From a virus (lineage: Duplodnaviria; Caudoviricetes), in IMG/VR virus record IMGVR_UViG_3300032257_000035, positions 1 through 42,356 of that record: a stretch of DNA of 42,356 bases. One strand, 5' to 3'. The translations under genes and the position numbers were made by a program. The number at the start of each line of letters is the position of its first letter. The stretch's first letter is position 1. Under the pieces are notes generated by a model. The model had not been told where the DNA came from, did no database searches, and was given only the letters and a program-made list of their open reading frames with translations. Positions 1 to 7,879 of the stretch are shown in pieces.

Positions 1-237
1 AAACAAATGTTAGTGAGGCAACTTTTGCCGACATGGTTGTTAGTTTGTATGCGTGCAACATTAAAGAAGTTGATCGCACAATAAAATTTCATATGAATGG
101 CGATGCCTACAATGATATGCGCGCCAATGCACAAATTTTGCGCCGGTTCTTTAATGGTGAAACGCGTTTACCCTGCGAGATTGAAGAGTCAATCGTATTG
201 GCGTTACCCGTTCCATGGCGTGAAAGCCTGCTGCAGG
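1..237. repeat. Terminal direct repeat / circular assembly overlap, copy 1
   Basis: Identical to 42120-42356 except C110 vs T42229. Confidence 0.95.
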
Positions 238-518
238 ATTTAAGTGCACGTTACGGGCTGCTACCCACGCCGATACCATCGGAGAGTGATTGTGATATTG
301 AGAATGCCGGCGATTTATTTAAAGAGTTTGGCGAGGCGCTGCAAGCCCTTAGCCCATTATTGGTTGATGGCCGGATTGATAAAACAGATTTGCCGCACGC
401 CGATAAATTCTTAAAAGAAGCAAACGATGTAATGGGTTTACTAACCAGCCTAACCATTAAGGTGGGCGACTTAAAAAGAGAGAGCAATATTAAAGTTGTT
501 CAGTTTAAGAAAACATAA
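33..518 (+). CDS. CII-like phage regulatory protein, 3' part (true start at 42068 across the junction, about 189 aa)
   Basis: Frame is open back through the terminal repeat to ATG 42068. Lies downstream of cro; C-terminal 'DGRID..D' helical pattern resembles CII-family proteins. Confidence 0.6.
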   Translation: MVVSLYACNIKEVDRTIKFHMNGDAYNDMRANAQILRRFFNGETRLPCEIEESIVLALPVPWRESLLQDLSARYGLLPTPIPSESDCDIENAGDLFKEFGEALQALSPLLVDGRIDKTDLPHADKFLKEANDVMGLLTSLTIKVGDLKRESNIKVVQFKKT

Positions 519-550
519 AAAAGCGCTTAACGGTTGCACCCGTTAAACGC
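517..550 (-). terminator. Minus-strand intrinsic terminator (oop-like) at the 3' end of the CII-like gene
   Basis: GCGCTTAACGG-TTGCAC-CCGTTAAACGC preceded by A6. On the minus strand the single mismatch is a U.G pair and a U6 tail follows. Confidence 0.6.
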
Positions 551-599
551 GTGTATTACACAAAATCAGTATCGATGCATAACACAGAGGGAATATTAC

Positions 600-779
600 A
601 TGGCAATTACAGTTGAAGCAAATCGAATTGCGCTTGAAAGAAAGATGCCGTTATCGAAATTAGAAATAACCGTATGGCAACGTTGGTATAAAGGCCGATC
701 GATGTTTTATATTATGGAAATGCAAGGCAGAAACAGCGCGCCGTTTTACCTGGTAAAAAAAGGTGCGCGCCATGGGTGA
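600..779 (+). CDS. Small basic hypothetical protein
   Basis: ATG 600 with AGAGGG upstream; overlaps the start of the recombinase. Confidence 0.5.
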   Translation: MAITVEANRIALERKMPLSKLEITVWQRWYKGRSMFYIMEMQGRNSAPFYLVKKGARHG

Positions 780-1740
780 GGTTACGGCATTAAAAATAAA
801 AACAATTACTTTACCGGGTGATATGTTGGTAATTGCAACTAATTTTTTAAACCAATTGGTTGCTAGAAATTACGCTAAAAATACGGTTGCATCGTACCGG
901 CATGATTTAGAGCAATTTATCGGTTATTGCACACAACACGATATTTTATTGGTGCAGATTGTAACAACCAATGTATTAGATGATTTTATTAATGCATTAC
1001 TGCAAGGCGAACAAGTAAAGCCTATTACCGCACGCCGTAAAACCGCCACATTACGTGAGTACTTTAAATACTGCAAAAGCCGCGGGCTTATTAAAGTGTT
1101 GCCGACCGATGGTATGGCAAAAATAAAAGTACGTAACTCGGTTGTTATCGCGCCAACCGAAAACGAATTATTAAAAGTGATTGAGCATATTGATATCACC
1201 ACGCCGATGGGGTTGCGTGATCGCGCTATGATATATTTAATGTTTGATGCTGGCCTGCGTTGCAGTTCAGTTTGTAGTATTGATATTTTTAACCCTCAAA
1301 ATCCACCCAGTAATACGACATGGCCAAGTGGTGTTGTGACGTTTACAAACAAGGGTGGTGATATTGAAGAAAACCCCATTAGTGCCACCACCTTGCTCTA
1401 TATAAAAGATTGGTTAGCCGTGCGACATAATTTTGTTGCCAAAGGCAAGCCGCCAACGAGCGCCATGTTTATTGGCCACGGCCGTGGCCGTATATCTCGC
1501 CGTGGGTTTTTAGCGCGGGTTAAATTTCATGGGGCGAATGCAGGTATGCCGCATTTACACCCGCACTTATTTAGACACCGACGTGCGGTAGATGTAATGA
1601 CAAACTTGGGTGTACACCACGCGCAACATTTATTAAAGCATGCCAACCCAGCCACTACGATGGCTGTATATGGCGGGCATTCTAGCGTGCAAATGCGCAA
1701 TGATTTACGCAGTAAGTGCGCGTTAGGGGTGGCGGTATGA
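772..1740 (+). CDS. Tyrosine recombinase 1 (XerC/D-like)
   Basis: SAM-like N-terminus (NTVASYRHDLEQF), RDRAM..GLR, NKGG, HPHLFRH, LLKH..TTMAVY: R-K-H-R-H-Y residues all present. Confidence 0.9.
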   Translation: MGEVTALKIKTITLPGDMLVIATNFLNQLVARNYAKNTVASYRHDLEQFIGYCTQHDILLVQIVTTNVLDDFINALLQGEQVKPITARRKTATLREYFKYCKSRGLIKVLPTDGMAKIKVRNSVVIAPTENELLKVIEHIDITTPMGLRDRAMIYLMFDAGLRCSSVCSIDIFNPQNPPSNTTWPSGVVTFTNKGGDIEENPISATTLLYIKDWLAVRHNFVAKGKPPTSAMFIGHGRGRISRRGFLARVKFHGANAGMPHLHPHLFRHRRAVDVMTNLGVHHAQHLLKHANPATTMAVYGGHSSVQMRNDLRSKCALGVAV

Positions 1741-2834
1741 AGTTAACGATTAACACAAATGATTTACGTAACGTTGTTAATAATACGGTTATCAACTCAA
1801 AATCAACCTTAGATGTTTTGCAGCATGCTTTATTTGAAGTGTGTGGCAATAAAGCGTTGGCCCATATAAGCGTTAGCACAAGCAATGAAGTTGAAACGCT
1901 AACGACTTATATAGAGGGTGTGTGCAATAAAGAAACCGCTGCGTTTACGGCAAGTGTACAACAATTAAAGGCCGCGTTATTTGGCATTGACGATGAAAGT
2001 GTGGTTTTAAATTTAAGTGAACGGCAGCTTTCATTAATTATTGGCCGACGTAAATATAAAATTCAAACGTTGCCGGCTAATATTTTCCCAAAATCCAATG
2101 ACGATAACGAAGAAAAAAAGCAAATGGATATTGCGGCATTGCGTGAAGGGCTGCAGTCGACTCAATATTGTCGCGATAAAACGAATGATTTAACCATATA
2201 TAGCGGCATATGTTTCGATGTTGATCATGTTGTGGCGCTTGATGGTAGGCGTTGTGCGGTATCGCCATGCCGTACCGGCTTGGAAAACACTATTGTTATC
2301 CCCGGTCAAGCTGTGTCCAGTATATTGAAAAACCTAATTGATGGTTGTAATTTTTTCGTTCAATCCATTGGTGAAACGGTTATTGGGGTTCGGTTTGCAA
2401 CCGATGCATTTAGTTTAACCGTTAGGACGCGCACTGAAACATACCCAAACTGGAAAGCGGCACTCATTGATATTGATAAGGCTGATATTCATACCGTTTT
2501 TAATGGCAATAATTTAGCAAGCGCGATTAAAAGAGTAACGCCATTTTCATTAAAAAACATTGACGGCAAAAAGTGGCAGCGTATCGCCGTTGCTAGTGGC
2601 GAGAATAAACTTGCAATCACTTGCCTTGACGGCTCCGCTGATGATTACGCCGAATGTATTAACGCCGATGAATTTAACCTTGAGATAAACGCGATGTATC
2701 TAACGGATATGTTGGCGGCGTGTGGGCAAAACGAGATTACATGGCACGCTAACAGTGCGGAAAGATTGCAGGCGTTTACGTCAAAAGATAGCGTGGCAAC
2801 CCATTTTATTATGCCAATGGGTGCAGAGGCATAA
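1737..2834 (+). CDS. dnaN: DNA polymerase III beta sliding clamp-like protein
   Basis: About 365 aa; motifs VALDGRR, TYPNWK, INAMYLTDML and C-terminal FIMPM match DnaN. ATGA overlap with recombinase 1. Confidence 0.8.
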   Translation: MKLTINTNDLRNVVNNTVINSKSTLDVLQHALFEVCGNKALAHISVSTSNEVETLTTYIEGVCNKETAAFTASVQQLKAALFGIDDESVVLNLSERQLSLIIGRRKYKIQTLPANIFPKSNDDNEEKKQMDIAALREGLQSTQYCRDKTNDLTIYSGICFDVDHVVALDGRRCAVSPCRTGLENTIVIPGQAVSSILKNLIDGCNFFVQSIGETVIGVRFATDAFSLTVRTRTETYPNWKAALIDIDKADIHTVFNGNNLASAIKRVTPFSLKNIDGKKWQRIAVASGENKLAITCLDGSADDYAECINADEFNLEINAMYLTDMLAACGQNEITWHANSAERLQAFTSKDSVATHFIMPMGAEA

Positions 2835-3103
2835 TGCAGCGCCAATGCCCCCGTTGCGGCTTAATGAACGCATTACAGCGTGCAACATGTTCATCATGTT
2901 TAACGCCGTTACGCCAAAAACGTTTTCATATGGATAGAAATAAAATTACATATATTCATGTACTTAAAAATAGGAAAGGTTTAACCGATGAATTCTATCG
3001 CTTACGGTTAAATGCGTTGGGTGTTAATTCATGTAAAGAATTAAAGGCTGCCACATATTATAAATTTATTAACGGCTTAAAGGCTTTACCCGATGCAGCA
3101 TGA
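2834..3103 (+). CDS. Zinc-ribbon + GemA (Mu gp16/DUF1018)-like protein
   Basis: CPRC..CSSC followed by IHVLKNRKGLTDEFYRLRL..GVNSCKEL, which resembles the GemA N-terminus. Confidence 0.65.
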   Translation: MQRQCPRCGLMNALQRATCSSCLTPLRQKRFHMDRNKITYIHVLKNRKGLTDEFYRLRLNALGVNSCKELKAATYYKFINGLKALPDAA

Positions 3104-3323
3104 ACTTACGCGTGAATTAGCACCGCCATGGGTTAACTATATAGGGCAACAACCGTGGGGCACCTGGTATGGCTTTAATAAAAAGCCGATTAAACCAAAA
3201 TTAAAAATGCCACGCTCGGCATTGCAAGAAATTGAGAGCGGGTGGTGCAGTGATGGCCGGCGCATTATTTTACAAAACGATAAAGCCAATGTTTATTGGT
3301 ATAGAACTTTAAAGGAAATTTAA
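3093..3323 (+). CDS. Hypothetical protein
   Basis: Overlapping ORF in the early operon. Confidence 0.6.
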   Translation: MQHELTRELAPPWVNYIGQQPWGTWYGFNKKPIKPKLKMPRSALQEIESGWCSDGRRIILQNDKANVYWYRTLKEI

Positions 3324-3325
3324 AC

Positions 3326-3622
3326 ATGACAACTGAAATAAAAAAACATATAGATAAACTTGGGTTTAAATGCACTGACAAAGTAACGGGGTTTTCGGGT
3401 GTTATAACCACAGTCGGGTTTGATCTATATGGGTGTGTGCAGGCTCTAGTTAATCCCGGCGTTAACGAAAATGGTAAACCATATGATTTAGTTTGGTTTG
3501 ATATAGCAAGACTTAAAATAACCAATAAAAAACCAGTAATGGAAATACCGAACTTTGATTGTGGAGATATCGCAAAAGGATTAAAGGGCCCTTCTGATAA
3601 ACCAAGCAATGGTAAATCATAA
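3326..3622 (+). CDS. Hypothetical phage protein
   Basis: AAGGA RBS; [24 protein letters not shown] pattern; coupled to ssb. Confidence 0.7.
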   Translation: MTTEIKKHIDKLGFKCTDKVTGFSGVITTVGFDLYGCVQALVNPGVNENGKPYDLVWFDIARLKITNKKPVMEIPNFDCGDIAKGLKGPSDKPSNGKS

Positions 3623-4062
3623 TGGCGCGTGGCGTAAACAAGGTAATTTTAATTGGCAATTTAGGTAAAGAGCCTGAGTCTCGAAACACGGCGGCCGGCC
3701 AAATGGTAACAACGATTTCTTTGGCTACGTCTGAAAGCTGGAAAGATAAAAACACCGGCGAACAAGTTGATAAAACCGAATGGCATCGCGTGGTATTTTT
3801 TAGGCGATTGGCCGAAGTTGTAAGCCAGTACCTTAAAAAAGGCTCTAAAATTTTTATCGAAGGGAAATTGCAAACACGTAAATGGCAAGACCAAGACGGT
3901 AAGGATCGTTACACCACTGAAATTGTAGCTAATGAAATGCAAATGTTAGATACAAAAAATAGTGGGGCAGCGCAGGGCGGTAGCGCACAGCAGTACGCGC
4001 AACAAAGCGGCAGTGCCCCGGCTATGAGTGGTGGCGATTTTGACGATGATATTTCATTCTGA
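3622..4062 (+). CDS. ssb: Single-stranded DNA-binding protein
   Basis: [19 protein letters not shown]...TEWHRVVFF...DFDDDISF. Confidence 0.97.
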   Translation: MARGVNKVILIGNLGKEPESRNTAAGQMVTTISLATSESWKDKNTGEQVDKTEWHRVVFFRRLAEVVSQYLKKGSKIFIEGKLQTRKWQDQDGKDRYTTEIVANEMQMLDTKNSGAAQGGSAQQYAQQSGSAPAMSGGDFDDDISF

Positions 4063-4063
4063 T

Positions 4064-4072
4064 TGATATAAT
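4064..4072 (+). promoter_or_regulatory. Extended -10 promoter upstream of the methyltransferase
   Basis: Exact TGnTATAAT (TGATATAAT) ending 12 nt before ATG 4085. Confidence 0.45.
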
Positions 4073-4084
4073 AAGGAAATTAAA

Positions 4085-4747
4085 ATGACAGCAATAAATT
4101 ATCATTTAGACGAATTAGAAATTGCTAAGAACAAAGATGATGTTAGCCACATCAACCCAGTTTTTAGCGATAGCGATAAAATCATTTTGGATATTGGGTG
4201 TGGTATTGGGCAAACATTTATTGCAATCGATCCAGTCGATAAAATGTGTGTCGGTATTGATATAGACGAGGATTCGATTCGGTACGGCATTGAACATTAT
4301 GGCGATAAAATTCAGTTTATTTATTCCAATGCGAAAAAAATTCCGCTACCGGCGAACTTATGTGACTTCATTTATTCTCGCGTGGCGTTACCGTACACGA
4401 ACATACCTAAAACACTTAACGAAATTAAACGCGTACTTAAAGATGATGGTCGCGTTTGGTTTACGCTGCACAAAAAGCAAACCGCTATCGATAACATTAA
4501 ATTAACCATTAAAAAACGAAGCCCTAAAGAGTTTGCGCGTAACATTTATGTTTATGTTAACGGTTACATTTTGAAATACTTTCATAAATCACTTCCATTT
4601 TTAAATGGTGAGCATGAAAGCTGGCAAGATGCGGTTAGCTTCAAAAAGCTGATGGTTAAGAAAGGTTTTGATGTTGATGTTACTGAAACGGATGAACACA
4701 TGATTGCCGAAGGGTATGTTCACTCATTGCCAGTGCAATCTAATTAG
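4085..4747 (+). CDS. Class I SAM-dependent methyltransferase (small-molecule type)
   Basis: ILDIGCGIG, VGIDID, LP..CDFIYS, EIKRVLKDDG motifs; no DPPY/NPPY or PC DNA-methyltransferase motif. Confidence 0.85.
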   Translation: MTAINYHLDELEIAKNKDDVSHINPVFSDSDKIILDIGCGIGQTFIAIDPVDKMCVGIDIDEDSIRYGIEHYGDKIQFIYSNAKKIPLPANLCDFIYSRVALPYTNIPKTLNEIKRVLKDDGRVWFTLHKKQTAIDNIKLTIKKRSPKEFARNIYVYVNGYILKYFHKSLPFLNGEHESWQDAVSFKKLMVKKGFDVDVTETDEHMIAEGYVHSLPVQSN

Positions 4748-4772
4748 CTTCAAAATTGAGGTGATAGTTAGT

Positions 4773-4928
4773 GTGAGTAAAAAACAAAGAATTAAAGCTT
4801 TTAATATGATAAGGCACACATGTGGATTCATTATCAGCGCTGATTTAGAAATATGTTCGTTCTGCAATAAATATGTTAGGCAATTAGAGCTGTTTGGCAA
4901 GATGGTTAAGCCCGAACATTTAAATTAA
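4773..4928 (+). CDS. Small Cys/His-containing protein with QLELF motif
   Basis: GAGGTG upstream of GTG; HTCG..CSFC. Confidence 0.45.
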   Translation: MSKKQRIKAFNMIRHTCGFIISADLEICSFCNKYVRQLELFGKMVKPEHLN

Positions 4929-4978
4929 TAAAAAATTTACCTACATATAAAACATATGCAATTTTAGAGGATAGCTTT

Positions 4979-5212
4979 TTGAAAAACAAACTGATCGACT
5001 TAAACAACCATCTATTTGCGGAAATTGAGCGACTAAATGATGAAGATCTAAACGGCGATAAACTTAAACAAGAAATTGAACGCTCTAAAGCTATGGCCAA
5101 TGTTGCTAAGAATATAATTGATAATGGCAAGTTAGCTTTAGCAGCGAAAGTTGAACTGGGTAATATGACGCCAGGAAAAGTGCCTGCTATGTTTGAGATT
5201 GAAAAAAAATGA
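4979..5212 (+). CDS. Hypothetical phage protein upstream of the HNH gene
   Basis: GAGGA RBS; KNKLIDLNNHLFAEIERLNDEDL; ATGA overlap with the HNH gene. Confidence 0.75.
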   Translation: MKNKLIDLNNHLFAEIERLNDEDLNGDKLKQEIERSKAMANVAKNIIDNGKLALAAKVELGNMTPGKVPAMFEIEKK

Positions 5213-5817
5213 GCCGCCAATATTTTGATATACATGTTCAATTTTTACGGGAAAATTATCCATCATTGCCTCGATCTGAATTAGCTGTAGCGTTTAATGC
5301 TAAATTCAATACCAGTAAAACAGCGGGACAGCTCGCATCATTATGTAAACGCATGAAAATAAAATCTGGTCGAACCGGGCGATGGCAAAAAGGCAACGTG
5401 CCATGGTGTGCCGGCACTAAAGGTTTATTGAAGAGCAATTCGACATCACTTAAAAAAGCGTTAGTTCCCCATAATGTTTTGCCGATCGGCACAGAGCGTA
5501 TTGATGATGACGGTTATATTTTAATTAAGACTGGAAAGCCAAGCCCCTACAACGAGCAACGCACTCGATTTAGGCATAAGCATCTCGAAGTATGGGAAGA
5601 GGTTAATAAAATGAAAATTCCTAAAGGTATGGCGGTATCTTTTCTTGATGGCAACAAACTTAATTGCGAACCAGAAAATCTTGAGCTAATAACTAAAGCC
5701 GAATTGCTTTACCGTAATCAGCATGGGTATAACAACTTACCTAAAGAATTAAAACCGAATATGCGCGCCTTAGCAAAATTAGAAGTCTCGCGGTTTTTAC
5801 TTGAGAAAAAAATATAA
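5209..5817 (+). CDS. HNH endonuclease-family protein
   Basis: HLEVWE..IPKGMAVSFLDGNKLNC.PENLELI pattern. Confidence 0.8.
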   Translation: MSRQYFDIHVQFLRENYPSLPRSELAVAFNAKFNTSKTAGQLASLCKRMKIKSGRTGRWQKGNVPWCAGTKGLLKSNSTSLKKALVPHNVLPIGTERIDDDGYILIKTGKPSPYNEQRTRFRHKHLEVWEEVNKMKIPKGMAVSFLDGNKLNCEPENLELITKAELLYRNQHGYNNLPKELKPNMRALAKLEVSRFLLEKKI

Positions 5818-5847
5818 AGTTAATATGAAACATTGGCAGGTGTAAAA

Positions 5848-6204
5848 ATGGATCTACTAAATAAAAATTTAGCTGTAATACAAAATATGAGTGACGATCA
5901 AATATTGAAAAACATACACTTCAATAAGATGCCAGAATTAATGGAGCCCACTGAGTTTTTTATTCATCAACTGCATACCAGGCTAGATGAAGGTGTAAAT
6001 AATTGCTTTATTAATGATGGGGAAAAAGAAGATTACGACGATGAAATAATGAATTTAGAAAGTCGCATTGATGAATATAAAGAGAGTATTAGCGAGGCAA
6101 TAGCGGAACTAAGGCTTTTAAAAGTGAGGTTTACGCCGGTTGAGCCAGATGATTTTCATAAAAAAATTGATAATATTATTCATGCTTTAGGTGCGACAAC
6201 TTAG
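5848..6204 (+). CDS. Hypothetical coiled-coil protein
   Basis: ORF with AGGTG upstream; acidic heptad stretch. Confidence 0.55.
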   Translation: MDLLNKNLAVIQNMSDDQILKNIHFNKMPELMEPTEFFIHQLHTRLDEGVNNCFINDGEKEDYDDEIMNLESRIDEYKESISEAIAELRLLKVRFTPVEPDDFHKKIDNIIHALGATT

Positions 6205-6243
6205 TGAGTCTTTCAAATATTTTTTTGTCGATAGAAGCTAATA

Positions 6244-6438
6244 ATGGCAAACGAAATTGATAGCGGGCTCGATGCACTGGCGGCAATACGATTACCTGGC
6301 GAAGCTTTTACAACAACGCAAATTGCCCATGCATGCAAATGCAAACGACGGGTTATTTATGATATTGAAGTTAGAGCGATAAATAAATTACGTGAAAAAA
6401 TGAGGTCAACGAAACTAAGTGATTATATTGACGGATGA
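6244..6438 (+). CDS. Stand-alone sigma-70 region 4-like HTH protein
   Basis: FTTTQIA..C..RRVIYDIEVRAINKLR aligns with region 4.2 (TLEEVG..RERIRQIEAKALRKLR). Confidence 0.65.
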   Translation: MANEIDSGLDALAAIRLPGEAFTTTQIAHACKCKRRVIYDIEVRAINKLREKMRSTKLSDYIDG

Positions 6439-6447
6439 TACGCTGGG

Positions 6448-6699
6448 GTGTACATGAGGATATCAGTTAAAAAAAATGATCCGGGGTTTAGCCCTGATCA
6501 TTATCTTTACGTGGTTTATTTTAATGAGCAATTATTAAATAATTGTTTTACAGCTGATACCAAACTTAATAAAGCATGGGTTTATTTGGTTGATGAAAAT
6601 AATAATTTTATATTAGATGAAAACGGCAAAGTTCAAACCACATACTTATGTGGTGATATTAGAATAATTAAACAGAGTGGTATCGCGGGTGCAGCTTAA
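6448..6699 (+). CDS. Hypothetical protein
   Basis: Last ORF of the early operon, convergent with recombinase 2. Confidence 0.55.
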   Translation: MYMRISVKKNDPGFSPDHYLYVVYFNEQLLNNCFTADTKLNKAWVYLVDENNNFILDENGKVQTTYLCGDIRIIKQSGIAGAA

Positions 6700-7672
6700 T
6701 CGCCTTACGCATCATTGCCATATCAACACCCAAATAAAGGGTGGTTGTTTTAATATTTTTATGGCCAAGCATCATTTGAATGGCGCGCAAATCACAACCG
6801 TTAGCCAACATATGCGTTGCCATGCTGGCACGCAACATGTGTGGATAAAAGCCGGTCCACGGTTTGTTGTTAGCCGTAAATTGTATTTTTTCAAAACCAG
6901 CGCCACATCCCAGTGCTTTGCGTGCATATCGATTAACGATATCCCAAACCGTTTTACCACCTCTAAATTGCTTACCTTTAATAGTGACGAACAAATCAAG
7001 TTTTTTACCGGGCTTAAAGCTACGACGCACAAAAATCCATTGCTGTACCAGTTTAACCATTTCCTGAGAGCACGGCACATAGCGATCAATGCCGCCTTTT
7101 CCCTGGTAAACATATACGCGACCATCATCAAAAACAGCGCCCATACTCAAGCTAGCAAGCTCGCTAGCACGCAAACCCGTTTCATACAGCAAACGTATAA
7201 TAACGTGGTCACGAAAGCCCATAGGTGTTGCAAGATCTGGTGCCGCCAACAATTGGCCAACTTGGTATTCATCAAAAAAACGCACAATATTTTTAGCTTT
7301 ATTGCGCGTACTTTTTGGCCACACACTAACAAAATCAATTGGACAAAAATCCGATTCATGGGCCCAACGGTAAAAACTACGCAATGCAGAAAACTCACGA
7401 TTAAGAGTAGCCGCCGACATCTCACGGCGATTACGCAACCAAACAAAAATGGATTCTTTGCATGGGTGTAATAAATTATCAGTTACAGAAAGCCACCGTA
7501 AAATTACCGCAAGATAATCGTCGGCCGTTTTTTGTGACTTTCCACACTCAAGATAAAATCTATATTTCTTTAATAATGAGCGCTCAAATTCTGGCATTTT
7601 ATTCGCTGGAACGCGCTCAAAAGGAACGCAATCAAATGTACTATAACGCTGTTTTCGTAACGGTAGCCCCAT
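6668..7672 (-). CDS. Tyrosine recombinase 2 (XerC/D-like), adjacent to the dif-like site
   Basis: RDHVIIRLLYETGLRASEL, GKGG..RYVP, PHMLRASMATHMLANGCDLRAIQMMLGH..TTTLY. ATG 7672 has a GGGGTG RBS (ORF track starts at 7693). Confidence 0.92.
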   Translation of the reverse strand: MGLPLRKQRYSTFDCVPFERVPANKMPEFERSLLKKYRFYLECGKSQKTADDYLAVILRWLSVTDNLLHPCKESIFVWLRNRREMSAATLNREFSALRSFYRWAHESDFCPIDFVSVWPKSTRNKAKNIVRFFDEYQVGQLLAAPDLATPMGFRDHVIIRLLYETGLRASELASLSMGAVFDDGRVYVYQGKGGIDRYVPCSQEMVKLVQQWIFVRRSFKPGKKLDLFVTIKGKQFRGGKTVWDIVNRYARKALGCGAGFEKIQFTANNKPWTGFYPHMLRASMATHMLANGCDLRAIQMMLGHKNIKTTTLYLGVDMAMMRKAIKLHPRYHSV

Positions 7673-7737
7673 ATTCACACCCCAAAATAACAAGCCAAAT
7701 TATTGATTTATATAGTATTTTATATGGTAAATATGCA

Positions 7738-7765
7738 ATTTTACATAATATACATTCTTTCCGAG
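7738..7765 (-). other. dif-like recombination site (candidate attP)
   Basis: Minus strand CTCGGAAAGAA-TGTATA-TTATGTAAAAT vs E. coli dif GGTGCGCATAA-TGTATA-TTATGTTAAAT: XerD arm 10/11, centre 6/6, XerC arm 4/11. Confidence 0.7.
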
Positions 7766-7879
7766 CCTTACTTCATACTGTAAGTTTCTGTTTTTTATAT
7801 ACTTTATACTATACCCTACCAATAACGATTGTTATAGTCCAACCATCTAAATCAGTTGCCACTAATCAGGCGGTAACGA

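Noticed and set aside
1-237. Physical direct terminal repeat or attL/attR pair
   Set aside because: It lies mid-gene with no host DNA outside; an assembly overlap is the simpler explanation.
523-550. 11-6-11 inverted repeat as the core site for recombinase 1
   Set aside because: The spacing fits, but the A6 tract and strand-specific G.U pair are better explained by a terminator.
6677-7471. Plus-strand 264-aa ORF
   Set aside because: Antisense shadow of recombinase 2 with no recognisable motifs.
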